Source of the DNA: Muribaculaceae bacterium
GTDB lineage: Bacteria > Bacteroidota > Bacteroidia > Bacteroidales > Muribaculaceae
Assembly: GCA_017454355.1 (NCBI GenBank)
Contig: JAFTDD010000020.1
Span: 3,509-67,508 of the forward strand
Direction of reading: 5' to 3'
Length of the DNA: 64,000 bases
The notes beneath the pieces are model-generated. The model was not told the DNA's origin. It saw only the letters and a program-made list of their open reading frames with translations, and ran no database searches. Shown here piece by piece: positions 1 to 10,266 of the stretch. The first letter of the stretch is position 1; each line of letters opens with the position of its first letter. A program made the translations under genes and the position numbers.

Positions 1-7
1 AACCATT

Positions 8-2302
8 ATGAAACGACTTAATTTCTATCTGAGCATGCTCCTGATGATGGTCATCGCAGTGGGTTGCAACGACAAGTTCGACATGCCGCCTCTGGCAGTG
101 CCCACAGCGTCCCGCACGCCCAACATGACTATCGCCGAACTTAAGGCGAAGTATTGGAACGATGCCCGCAACTACATCGACACGATCAAGGAGGACGTCG
201 TGATCCACGGCTGGGTGATTAGCAGCGACGAGAGCGGCAACATCTACAAGAGTATGTACATCAGCGACGGTACCGCCGCCCTGGCTATCTCGATTAACGC
301 CAACTCGCTCAACACGACCTACCGTCTGGGCCAGGAGGTGGTCATCAGCCTCAAGGACAAGTTCATCGGCAAGTACAACGGCATGCAGCAGTTGGGCTAT
401 CCCGCATGGTATGAGGCCGGCAGCGCGTGGGAGGCAACCTTCCTGCCGCTCGAGTTGTGGCAGACGATGGTTGAGATCAACGGCCTGCCCGACCCCACTA
501 ACGAGCACTGCCAGCCCGAGGTGGTCAAGATCAGCGACTTCCAGGGCAAGACCGACGCCGAGACCCTCCAGAAGTATCAGGGCAAGTTGGTCAAACTCGT
601 GGGCGTGAAGTTCCCCGAGGCCGACGGCACCGTGCCTTACAGCGCCGAGGACAAGACCACCAACCGCAACATCCAGGACGCCGAGGGCAACGTGATTGTG
701 ATGCGCAACAGCAACTACGCCAACTTCCGCGCCGAGCCCCTGCCTATGGGCGAGGGTGACGTTATCGGTCTGTTGAGTTTCTACGGCAGCGACACCTGGC
801 AACTCTACATCCGCGACACTAGCGACTGCATCGGCTTCACCACCGACACCAAGGGTCTGCAGAAAGACCCGTATACCATCGCCGAGGCGCTCGCCGCCAA
901 GGCCGAGGGTAAGGAAATCAGCGGCAAGTGGTTCCGCGGCTTCGCCGTGGGTGCTGTCGCTCCGGAGAAGACCGCCGTAAGTTCCAGCGCCGACATCGAG
1001 TGGCAGGCTCCCACCACGCTGGCCAACACCCTCGTGCTGGCCGACGCTCCCGACGTGACCGACATCACCAAGTGCCTCATCGTGGCTCTGCCCGATGGCA
1101 CCGCGTTCCGCAACCAGGCCAACCTGCGTGACAACGAGGCCGTCTACAAGACGAGCGTGATGGTGCGAGGCGACCTGGGCACCTATATGGGCACCAACGC
1201 CATCACCGGCAACAGTGGCGACGCCAGCGAGTTCAAGGTGAGCGTCGTCAGCGGCGGCGTCACCGAGTTATACGAGGGCTTCGACAATGCGATGCCGAGC
1301 GATTGGCTCAACATTAAGGTGAAGGGAGACAAAGAATGGTATCAGCGTTCTTTTGACAACAACGGCTATGCCAATGTGTCAGGCTACAAGGGCACCGCTC
1401 CGTTTGAGAGTTGGCTCATCACGCCCGCGATCGACATTAAGAATGCTCCGAACAAGTATCTCTCGTTCCGCACCCAAGTTGCCGGATATGGCAGCACAAC
1501 CAGTAATCTCAAGTGCTATTTGCTGGACGGCAACGATCCCACAACTGCGATTAAGATTGAACTTCCCGCAAAGTTCGCGACAGCGTCAGCCTCGAGCACC
1601 TATAGCGACTGGGTATCCAGTGGAGACATCGACCTGAGTAACTACCCGAGCACCTACTTTATTGGTTTCTGCTACACAGCAACTGCCGATGCCAACTATG
1701 CCACGTGGTGTGTTGACGATGTGAAATTCGGTGAGGCCGGCGGTGGTGGAACAACCCCGACGCCTGACCCGACGCCCAGCAGTGCCACGCGCGCCGACTT
1801 TGAAACCCTCAACGGTGGCGCCGGTACCGGCAAATATGCAACGTACACGACGACTGCCGGATGGACAGCTGAAAACTGTATGGTAGTCTCCGGTGGCACA
1901 ACAGATGGCAATCCTGTCTTCACTTGGATTGGTTATGTGACCGGCTCAACGAGCGTCTTTGCCATGGGACCCTGTATCAACGGCCGCACCTCTTCAGTGG
2001 GAAAGGTTACGTCTCCGATTATCTCCGGCGGTATCACCAAACTGAGATTCAAATATGCTCTTCCGTTCACTGATACCAACATCGGCTTGAAGATTAATAT
2101 CATTCAGAATGATGCCACCGTCAAGACGCTTGAACTTTCTAAGTCTGATGCTGTCAAGGGCACTGTGTATGATTTCTCGGCTGACCTTGATGTGGCCGGT
2201 GACTTCAAGTTTGAGATTATTAACACGTGTCCGTCCAACTTCGATGGTGGCAACAAAGACCGTGTCGCCATCTGGAACTTCGAGTGGGACAAGAAGAACT
2301 GA
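8..2302 (+). CDS. DUF5689-family surface lipoprotein with choice-of-anchor J / cleaved-adhesin-like C-terminal domains
   Basis: Lipobox VIAVG-C; N-terminal 'TIAELKA...GWVISSDESGNIYK' OB-fold typical of DUF5689; 'SWLITPAID...FCYT...WCVDDV' adhesin-like domain. Confidence 0.75.
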   Translation: MKRLNFYLSMLLMMVIAVGCNDKFDMPPLAVPTASRTPNMTIAELKAKYWNDARNYIDTIKEDVVIHGWVISSDESGNIYKSMYISDGTAALAISINANSLNTTYRLGQEVVISLKDKFIGKYNGMQQLGYPAWYEAGSAWEATFLPLELWQTMVEINGLPDPTNEHCQPEVVKISDFQGKTDAETLQKYQGKLVKLVGVKFPEADGTVPYSAEDKTTNRNIQDAEGNVIVMRNSNYANFRAEPLPMGEGDVIGLLSFYGSDTWQLYIRDTSDCIGFTTDTKGLQKDPYTIAEALAAKAEGKEISGKWFRGFAVGAVAPEKTAVSSSADIEWQAPTTLANTLVLADAPDVTDITKCLIVALPDGTAFRNQANLRDNEAVYKTSVMVRGDLGTYMGTNAITGNSGDASEFKVSVVSGGVTELYEGFDNAMPSDWLNIKVKGDKEWYQRSFDNNGYANVSGYKGTAPFESWLITPAIDIKNAPNKYLSFRTQVAGYGSTTSNLKCYLLDGNDPTTAIKIELPAKFATASASSTYSDWVSSGDIDLSNYPSTYFIGFCYTATADANYATWCVDDVKFGEAGGGGTTPTPDPTPSSATRADFETLNGGAGTGKYATYTTTAGWTAENCMVVSGGTTDGNPVFTWIGYVTGSTSVFAMGPCINGRTSSVGKVTSPIISGGITKLRFKYALPFTDTNIGLKINIIQNDATVKTLELSKSDAVKGTVYDFSADLDVAGDFKFEIINTCPSNFDGGNKDRVAIWNFEWDKKN

Positions 2303-2374
2303 TAAACACTTTGAAGAATTTGAAACTCAAATATAATTATGCGGTGTAAATAAAAAATCATCCAAATCATAGAT

Positions 2375-2421
2375 AATAAGCCGTTTGAGAATACCGCTAT
2401 TCTCGAACGGCTTATTTTTTT
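2375..2421 (+). terminator. Rho-independent terminator
   Basis: AATAAGCCGTTTGAGAATA-ccgc-TATTCTCGAACGGCTTATT followed by a T run, downstream of the DUF5689 gene. Confidence 0.8.
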
Positions 2422-2497
2422 GTGCGCGTGCATAAAAAAAAACACAACAATAATTAAAATTATATTACATTTATTTGTATCTTTCGAAAAAGATCAC

Positions 2498-2505
2498 TAC
2501 TTTTG
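2498..2505 (+). promoter_or_regulatory. Bacteroidetes sigma-A -7 box (TACTTTTG) for the T9SS/RHS module
   Basis: Matches TAnnTTTG, with TTTG at ~2474, ~45 bp before the ATG at 2550. Confidence 0.55.
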
Positions 2506-2549
2506 TTACTTGAATTTAGGAAATATTAAACACATATAATGCAAGACAT

Positions 2550-2951
2550 ATGAAAACGTTATCTAAGGCTTTAATATTCACATCACTACTTAATGCCTGC
2601 CCACTATTGGCTGATGATGCAGGCATTTCACTTCTTACCTACGATTATGATTGTTGTGGGTGTCTGATTTCTCGCACACCTATAGAAGTTGAAAACACGT
2701 GTCAACAACGAGAATTAGACGCTCGGGTGTTTCCATTGCGTACAAATGGAATCATAAATATAGCAACAGCCATAATAAACACAGGAGAACCCACCTTTTA
2801 CACCATTACGACTCTTGAAGGTGATATGATTTCTCGTGGCAATCTCCATCAAAATCTTACTGTTACAGAAATAATAGGACCTGCAGGAATCTATCTGATT
2901 ACAGTGAGACAATCTGAAACGCTTAGAACATTTAAAGTTATTAAATACTAA
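2550..2951 (+). CDS. Small T9SS type A C-terminal sorting domain protein (RHS accessory)
   Basis: Signal peptide, degenerate YD motif 'TYDYDCCGCLISR', C-terminal 'VFP...GIINI...AGIYLITV...TFKVIKY' T9SS CTD. Confidence 0.7.
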   Translation: MKTLSKALIFTSLLNACPLLADDAGISLLTYDYDCCGCLISRTPIEVENTCQQRELDARVFPLRTNGIINIATAIINTGEPTFYTITTLEGDMISRGNLHQNLTVTEIIGPAGIYLITVRQSETLRTFKVIKY

Positions 2952-2963
2952 ACGCAGCACATT

Positions 2964-5900
2964 ATGAAACATGCATTAATGCTTGCCGTTACCATTCTCT
3001 TATCGGTGATGGCTATGGCTCAGCGTAGCCCTCTTGACTATGTCAACGCTTTGTCTACTTTAGAAAGTACACCGGCTCTAATAGTAAGGGACAGTATAAA
3101 TTCTGTGTCTAACAACATTACCGCGCTGCAGCGACCGGATGCCGTAGTGAGCAACGTTCCTTCATCGTTTACCCTCGACAATAGTCGTATCGTGGGAGAA
3201 ATACCATACTCATGTGAAACAACAAATGACGGCATGGTTAATGTTAATGTGCCAATCAACCCAATGGCCATGGAGTGGGAAACAAATCCCAGTATATCAA
3301 TAAAATATCATGGTAAAAATAGTTTTGACAATCTTGGCAGAGGTTGGACTATATCAGGGTTGTCCGTCATTAAGCGAACTGGATCCAATTTTTTTACCGA
3401 CAGCATTAGCCGTGGCGTAAGAAATGATACTTTGGATAACTATGAGCTTGATGGCGTACGACTTATCTTACAAGATATTGAGGGCACTTCACGATATTAC
3501 AAGACACAAGTTGGTGATATCAAAGTTATCTTTAAAACGACAGATAATCAATTTGTAGTGCTTCGGCCCGATGGTAGCAAGTCTATCTATTCGACACAGG
3601 GTTTGTCGCGCAATTTTGTTTACGTTATCAAAAGTCGTGCTTTTATTGATGGGAATATTATAACATACGGATACAATATTATAGGGGCACGACATCAAAT
3701 ATATTCTATCAATTATGGTGAAAACCGGCAGATGCTTTTTGAATATGAAATGGCAAACGACTATGCAACAATGTATAAAGCCGGTTATGAGGAATTATTT
3801 CAAAACAAATTAAAATCAATAGCGATAAAACAAGGTTCAGCATTACTCTATACATACAGTTTTACATATTCTACCGCATCCATCAAATCTCCATTAGAAA
3901 GAATTGATTTGGCCAGTACTGATGATGGTACACTCCACCCCCTATCGTTCTATTATTATAAGCCAGAGAATGCAACCGATGGTTTTAATCAAAGCGCCGG
4001 CACACTTTCTAATTACTATAATTTTACCAATCCTAATAACATTAATTGCGCCAAAGGAAAGTTTGAGTATTCATCTGAAAACGATGGGTTGATACTATAT
4101 CCCAATAAAATCAGTTGTTATATTGATGGGGATCAGTATAAAAGTTTATATGATGGAACGGAACACGTTATTGCAGCTACAACGGTAGACCAATTTGGTG
4201 TGACTGGCAGCCAAGCTATAACAATTGGCATTGGTTTTGTTGATGCTTTTGCTTTAAATGTTGACAACTATGGTGATGATGAACTAATTGTGTTGAACAA
4301 CTATATTAACAACAACAACGACTGTCTTGATATCCACGTATACACCAACGTCTTCGGTCAGTTTACTCATAAATTTACTAGAACGTTTAACTGGCTCGCT
4401 ATTACAAAATCTGGAAAGAAATCTGTCAGACACAAGACATTTCTTGCAGGCGACTTCGACGGGGACGGGAAACAAGAACTGCTAATTGCTTTCGAATCAT
4501 CTCCTTTAGGATTAAGCGGCTATAATGCGGATGTTTGTCTCATTGACATTGATGACGATATAATCAAGACGTCTGGCACAATGAGCCAATATATAGTTAA
4601 TCACCCGACAATATCATCAACCGAGGAACAATTACTCTCGCTTGCAGCCACATCTGACCACTTATTTGCCTACGATTATGACGGCGATGGCAAAATGGAG
4701 ATAGCACTAGTCACTAGTGCCGAAACACAGTATTATGAGTTCAATAAGAATGCCAATAACACTGTATCAATGTCTCTTGCTGCTACTAATAATTCTTTTA
4801 ATCTCACTTCTATCGAAGGGTATAATCTTCATATGGGAAACTTCAATGGCGATGCATTGGCCGATATACTATTGACTCCATTCTCTTATAATGGCGTTGA
4901 GCGCAATCCAAAGATTTTAACAGGCATAGGTAATGGTAGTTTCAATACCACTAACTTTAGCTCAACAATGAAGCTTAATGGAGTTTTGCCAGTATGCCGA
5001 GTACAAGATATTGACAAAGACGGGCAATCAGACATCATTCAATATTATCATTATAATAGCTCAACTTCAAACAAATTATATTGGGTTAGATGTAATCATT
5101 CCGTGCCTGAAACACAACGTTATATCAGCCAATCCACATTGCCGATAATTCTTTTAATAGCAGATATTTATAGTCGAAATAATGGAGCCGCAATATCAAG
5201 TATAGCTAATAATGGTTCTATCAAGTCTTTTTCCTATAAAGCGACACAGGAACAAACACACCTCATGAGTGGTATGGTGGATAGTTACGGTAATATACGC
5301 AACTTCAGTTACACAATGCTATTCCCATCGGCGAACTATGAGCCAAACTTTTCTTACACTTTTCCATATCAAACTTTTATTGGGCGTTATAACGTATGTA
5401 CTTCCATGAGATGCCACACAAATAGTATATTGATAGAAGATATGACTTTTTCTTATGGTACAGCTGTCTTTCACATGCAAGGATTTGGTTTCTGCGGCTT
5501 TGATACAATAGACAAAGCAGACAACCTCAATAATGAAACATATCATTATACATTCTCTCCAACTAATTATGCCATCCCCATTGTTGCCAACACGCCGCAG
5601 CAAACGAACACCTACACTTTTACAATCAATGTGACTTCAGATAAAAGAATTGAGGTAAGAATGACAAAAGATGTTTTATTTGACAAGGCGACTCAAGCGA
5701 CCAAGACCAAAACATATACATATGACTCCTATGGGAACATAACAAACATAGCGAATAAACTTGATCCTCTATGTACAGAATACGAAGCATTTCAATATGC
5801 TCATGTAAACAATGACAATTATTATCTGCCAGGATTGATAACAAAGCACGCAAAGTCGAGAATGCGTACCGGTACCAGTATGACTTACTTTGACCAACGG

Positions 5901-8870
5901 TTTAGTTATAATGGTAACTATCGTCTTTCGTATTCCCGCCAATATTCAAACAACCTCCTTACAAAATATGAGTTTTTTGGATATAACAATAATGGTAGTA
6001 TTACTACTCATAGAACAAAACACTTTACTTCTAACCAATATTTAACCGAAACATTCTCCTATGGAGGCACTTCCGGAAAGGTGCCTACGTCTAAAACAGA
6101 CGTAAGAGGGAATACTTCAACCTATGCATATGGCAGTTATGGATTAACACAACTCAATGATGAAAGAGGAAATGTAACTTCCTACGTATATGATAAGTTT
6201 GGACGCAAGCGCAAAACTATTTTGCCTACAGGAGTAATTATAACTGATACTCTGTTTTGGGCAAACTCCAATTTTGGAGAACCATCACATTGTAAGCGGC
6301 ATATTGAACCCGGAAAACCTATGGTAGATTTTTATTACAACCAGTTAGATCAAGAAATACAACAAGTTTATACGGGCAAACTCGATGAGGATGTTTATAT
6401 TTTTAAAGAGTATGACAACAAGGGACGGCTTGTGGGAGAGTCTTTACCATGCAACGACCTAAACGATGTATGGAATAGGTATACCTATGATTCATTCAAT
6501 CGAGTCGTGGACAAGACGTTTGCTGATGGGCGAGTTGAGACTTATTCATATCAAGGCCTCTCCATTACAAGCACAATTGAGGGCATAACTACAACAAAAA
6601 CTTATGATGCATTTGGCTTCCTGAAGAATATTTCTAATCCGAGTGGAACAATTTCTTACGTCTATAGAATGGATGGCCAACCAACATCTATTAAAATCAA
6701 CAATAACATCACAACAAGTTTTACATATGACAGTTATGGGAGACGTTCTTCAATAAGTGACCCATCTGCTGGAACACGCACATTCTCATATGATGCCAAC
6801 GGCAACATATCAATAGAGACGGATGCTTGTGGGCGTACAACAACATCAACCTACAACATCTATGGTGACTTGATTTCACGCAACTATAATAATCTTCTTA
6901 GTGCAGCATATAATTATAACTCTTATGGACAATTGACTTCGCTATATACCCCTAATAATGGCAAATACAAGATTTATAGTTATGATGGCTTTGGAAGGCT
7001 TGTTTGCAGTAATGTTAATGGCTTTGTGAAGAAATTCCACTATATTAATAATAGTAACATTTCAGAGATAGAATATCATCTCAATAATGATTCCATTACT
7101 TCTATCGTTTATAACTATTACAACCCGGAGTGTACTCTGTTTGACATTCGTCTAAAAAACAATGAGAATCCTCAATACGGAAGTATTATATATGCATACG
7201 ATGGCGTGAATCGACATGATATGGTTACTAACTATTTTTTAGGTGCAAACGAAGTTAATATTACTTGTGACGATGCTAATCGAGTAATAGAGAAGGAAGT
7301 TTATGGTAGATTCACAGGACAACTGTCCTCAATGAACTATACTTATAATTCTACAACGTGTAATATGACCTCCAGATATGACTCTCATAACAGCAGTGTC
7401 GTTGAGAATTTCACTTATGACAGTATGAATCGTCTGCTCAATGATGGGCAAATTGCTGTTGCTTATGATAATATAGGGACTATTACCAGCAAATCTTTGG
7501 TTGGATCGTTAACAACATCGGCCAATAGGCCATATCAGATAGAAGAGCAGTCTAATCTCGGAGAATTGGCTCAAACACATCCGTTAACAATAACTTATAA
7601 TGCAATGTTACTGCCTGATACAATATCAAACGGTATAACAACAAGTATTTTAACATATTTTGGTGACGGAAGTCGAGCATCAATGAGTTCGGAATCTATC
7701 AATCATAGTGAAATTATTAATTATTACGATCAAAGCCTAAATACAATTGAGGTTTGTGATTACAACACAATATCAACAACTAAGATTCTATATCTCGGTG
7801 GCTCTCCATATGACGCGCAAGCGGCTTTGGTCAACCAAAATAATGGAGGATGGAACTTATTCTACATCATCCGCGACAATGTGGGTAGCATAATATATAT
7901 ATTAGATGCCGATGGCAACGTAGTTCAGCATACAAATTACGACGCATGGGGGAGGCAACGCGATACTTCCACTCTTGAGTACATTGATGACGAGCCACTT
8001 TTCCTCTATAGGGGATTCGGCAGTCATGAGTATCTTAGCGATTTTGGCATCTATAACATGAATGCTCGGCTCTATGATCCCACACTCGGCATTTTCCTTA
8101 GTCCTGATCCACAAATTCAGACTCCGGAAAACACTCAGAATTACAACCGCTACTCTTACTGCCTCAACAACCCATTGAAATATCGAGATGAAAATGGCGA
8201 GTTTTTTATCGGACTGATTTTTGGTTTCTTTAAAGGCCTTTTTACCGGTCAAAATCCATTCAAGACAGCGTGGAAAACGGCGGTTAACGAATTTAAGATT
8301 GAGATAGGCCTCTTTAAAGTTGATTGGTCAAATGGATTTTGGAGTGGGTTAGGTGACTTGGTTAGTAGATTTACTTTTGAATTACCGCAAACGGCGCTCG
8401 GTCTGGTCTACTCTATTGGAAAGAATGCTCTTTCAGACGTTGACAAAATCGAGTATTATTATGGTGCGACTTATGTCATTGACTTGGACGCATCCAAACG
8501 TGATGGTATAACTTTGGGGAACTTCATTAACATTAATACCAGTTCTTACGGTAAATCTCAGAACAATCGTGATGTCTACATGAATGGATTCTTTGATCCA
8601 ACAATGGACCAGTTATTTATGCATGAATACGGGCACTACCTACAGAGCAAAAGTTATGGTCCCCTATATCTTATTGCTTTTGGCGTACCAAGCATTTTTT
8701 CCTCTATTATAAACAAAAATGAACACACACATTTTTACATAGAGAAGGATGCTTCAACTCGGGCTGCCGCATTCTTCGGCGCAAAATATGGTGTTATCTG
8801 GGACAATAAAGAAGACCCGACATATGAAGATATGTTGAATTATTATTTGCGATTATATAAATCAAAATGA
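2964..8870 (+). CDS. SpvB/FG-GAP/YD-repeat RHS polymorphic toxin with HExxH C-terminal domain
   Basis: SpvB-like 'LGRGWTISGLSVIKR'; FG-GAP 'GDFDGDGKQEL'; many YD repeats; RHS core 'YNMNARLYDP...YSYCLNNPLKYRDENG'; C-terminal 'FMHEYGHYLQS'. Confidence 0.9.
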   Translation: MKHALMLAVTILLSVMAMAQRSPLDYVNALSTLESTPALIVRDSINSVSNNITALQRPDAVVSNVPSSFTLDNSRIVGEIPYSCETTNDGMVNVNVPINPMAMEWETNPSISIKYHGKNSFDNLGRGWTISGLSVIKRTGSNFFTDSISRGVRNDTLDNYELDGVRLILQDIEGTSRYYKTQVGDIKVIFKTTDNQFVVLRPDGSKSIYSTQGLSRNFVYVIKSRAFIDGNIITYGYNIIGARHQIYSINYGENRQMLFEYEMANDYATMYKAGYEELFQNKLKSIAIKQGSALLYTYSFTYSTASIKSPLERIDLASTDDGTLHPLSFYYYKPENATDGFNQSAGTLSNYYNFTNPNNINCAKGKFEYSSENDGLILYPNKISCYIDGDQYKSLYDGTEHVIAATTVDQFGVTGSQAITIGIGFVDAFALNVDNYGDDELIVLNNYINNNNDCLDIHVYTNVFGQFTHKFTRTFNWLAITKSGKKSVRHKTFLAGDFDGDGKQELLIAFESSPLGLSGYNADVCLIDIDDDIIKTSGTMSQYIVNHPTISSTEEQLLSLAATSDHLFAYDYDGDGKMEIALVTSAETQYYEFNKNANNTVSMSLAATNNSFNLTSIEGYNLHMGNFNGDALADILLTPFSYNGVERNPKILTGIGNGSFNTTNFSSTMKLNGVLPVCRVQDIDKDGQSDIIQYYHYNSSTSNKLYWVRCNHSVPETQRYISQSTLPIILLIADIYSRNNGAAISSIANNGSIKSFSYKATQEQTHLMSGMVDSYGNIRNFSYTMLFPSANYEPNFSYTFPYQTFIGRYNVCTSMRCHTNSILIEDMTFSYGTAVFHMQGFGFCGFDTIDKADNLNNETYHYTFSPTNYAIPIVANTPQQTNTYTFTINVTSDKRIEVRMTKDVLFDKATQATKTKTYTYDSYGNITNIANKLDPLCTEYEAFQYAHVNNDNYYLPGLITKHAKSRMRTGTSMTYFDQRFSYNGNYRLSYSRQYSNNLLTKYEFFGYNNNGSITTHRTKHFTSNQYLTETFSYGGTSGKVPTSKTDVRGNTSTYAYGSYGLTQLNDERGNVTSYVYDKFGRKRKTILPTGVIITDTLFWANSNFGEPSHCKRHIEPGKPMVDFYYNQLDQEIQQVYTGKLDEDVYIFKEYDNKGRLVGESLPCNDLNDVWNRYTYDSFNRVVDKTFADGRVETYSYQGLSITSTIEGITTTKTYDAFGFLKNISNPSGTISYVYRMDGQPTSIKINNNITTSFTYDSYGRRSSISDPSAGTRTFSYDANGNISIETDACGRTTTSTYNIYGDLISRNYNNLLSAAYNYNSYGQLTSLYTPNNGKYKIYSYDGFGRLVCSNVNGFVKKFHYINNSNISEIEYHLNNDSITSIVYNYYNPECTLFDIRLKNNENPQYGSIIYAYDGVNRHDMVTNYFLGANEVNITCDDANRVIEKEVYGRFTGQLSSMNYTYNSTTCNMTSRYDSHNSSVVENFTYDSMNRLLNDGQIAVAYDNIGTITSKSLVGSLTTSANRPYQIEEQSNLGELAQTHPLTITYNAMLLPDTISNGITTSILTYFGDGSRASMSSESINHSEIINYYDQSLNTIEVCDYNTISTTKILYLGGSPYDAQAALVNQNNGGWNLFYIIRDNVGSIIYILDADGNVVQHTNYDAWGRQRDTSTLEYIDDEPLFLYRGFGSHEYLSDFGIYNMNARLYDPTLGIFLSPDPQIQTPENTQNYNRYSYCLNNPLKYRDENGEFFIGLIFGFFKGLFTGQNPFKTAWKTAVNEFKIEIGLFKVDWSNGFWSGLGDLVSRFTFELPQTALGLVYSIGKNALSDVDKIEYYYGATYVIDLDASKRDGITLGNFININTSSYGKSQNNRDVYMNGFFDPTMDQLFMHEYGHYLQSKSYGPLYLIAFGVPSIFSSIINKNEHTHFYIEKDASTRAAAFFGAKYGVIWDNKEDPTYEDMLNYYLRLYKSK

Positions 8871-9382
8871 TACCTATGAGATGTCGACTATTTATGCCAG
8901 TGGCGGTGGCTGCGGCGGCTTTAGCCTGCATGGCGACGTACTGCGATCGTGGCAATGGCTTCGAGACGTTTCGATTTGCCAACCGAAGCGACAATAGCGT
9001 GGAGGTAATGTATTTTTTCGCTGACGGCAAACTTGATCCGGACCACATCGTCAACCATATTGATGGCTATGAGCATAGTTCCATGAATGGGCGCATCGTG
9101 AAAGCAAACAGTTACATCGAGGACAAAGCCATCACACAAGACGTGTTTAATTCTATGCTTGCCGCACACGACACGCTCTATGTGTTTGTGAGCGTGCCCA
9201 ACCGCGACGTCTGCCTATATGTCCTCACAGCAAATGACTTGTACGCCTGGGACCACCTGCAGTACCCGCCCTCGCCGGGAATGAAGGACTTATACATGAT
9301 ACCGCCCTATGAGACGCAGACGAGTGACGCGCCTTCAATCCACGACCTGATGACCGGCGAAGACATCTCTCCACAAGAATAG
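8867..9382 (+). CDS. Hypothetical lipoprotein, candidate immunity protein
   Basis: Overlaps the RHS stop codon; hydrophobic N-terminus with Cys; position typical of an immunity gene. Confidence 0.5.
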   Translation: MIPMRCRLFMPVAVAAAALACMATYCDRGNGFETFRFANRSDNSVEVMYFFADGKLDPDHIVNHIDGYEHSSMNGRIVKANSYIEDKAITQDVFNSMLAAHDTLYVFVSVPNRDVCLYVLTANDLYAWDHLQYPPSPGMKDLYMIPPYETQTSDAPSIHDLMTGEDISPQE

Positions 9383-9401
9383 TAGCATATAGAGTAGAAT
9401 T

Positions 9402-10004
9402 ATGAGACGTCTTTTATTCATATTGGCGGCACTGCTGGCGTTCGCGGTGGCCGCACAAGCCACAGACAAATCTGTCAATGACTCGACACGCTGGTCGCTC
9501 ACACCCCACTACGGCTGCGGCTTCAACCGCCCGTCGGTTAAGACCGCCGGACACGTCTCCAGCGCCGTGGTCATTGATGCCGGCTTCCGGTTCGACAGGC
9601 ACCTCAATCGCCACTGGATGGTAGGTGGCACGCTCAATTTCAAGTATGCCGATGGCGAGATTAATGACAATCTTCTAACCATTGGAACCTTAGGCATCGG
9701 CGCCGGCGCCACCTACTTCTGGCGCGCGCTGTTTGTTGACGCCGGGCTGCAACTCAACGTGCCGGTGTTCAGCACCTTCTCGAACCGGAATTTGGAAGCC
9801 TACGACGGCAAAGTAGATATCATGGGGCACACCCACGGCGTGAACCTCAGCCTGCCCGTAGGCGTAGGCGTGCAACTGCGGCACATCGTGTTGCGCCTCG
9901 GCGCCGACATCGGCCTGACGCGCGTCTACAATCCCGCGGCTGTCACCTCAGTCCGCAACAACCTTGTCACTCTCACCATCGGCTACCGCTTCCGCCTCAA
10001 GTGA
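9402..10004 (+). CDS. Outer-membrane beta-barrel (porin/PorT-like) protein
   Basis: Signal peptide, amphipathic strands, C-terminal 'LTIGYRF'. Confidence 0.7.
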   Translation: MRRLLFILAALLAFAVAAQATDKSVNDSTRWSLTPHYGCGFNRPSVKTAGHVSSAVVIDAGFRFDRHLNRHWMVGGTLNFKYADGEINDNLLTIGTLGIGAGATYFWRALFVDAGLQLNVPVFSTFSNRNLEAYDGKVDIMGHTHGVNLSLPVGVGVQLRHIVLRLGADIGLTRVYNPAAVTSVRNNLVTLTIGYRFRLK

Positions 10005-10026
10005 CGCCACGCCAAGATTTTACCTC

Positions 10027-10261
10027 TCTCACGTAAAATATCGTAAACCTTAATTCCGCAACTCGATATTTCTCTCTCGAAAATTTCCGAAAATTAATCT
10101 CCCGTGAATTTTCGTGAATTTCCGTAAATATTTTATTTACTCTGTTTTATCATCAAAATTTATTCACGATAATTCACGTAAATTCACGGGATAATTTTAT
10201 GCAAAAGGAGATAAGAAACGAAAATTTACGAGAAAGAAATTTACGGAGGTTTTACGTGAGA
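10027..10261. repeat. Nested AT-rich palindromic element (10-bp CGTGAATTTT-unit family)
   Basis: TCTCACGTAAAA...TTTACGTGAGA outer arms; CCCGTGAATT...AATTCACGGG inner arms; CCTTAATTCCGCAACTC end motif at 10048-10064. Confidence 0.8.
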
Positions 10262-10266
10262 AATGA

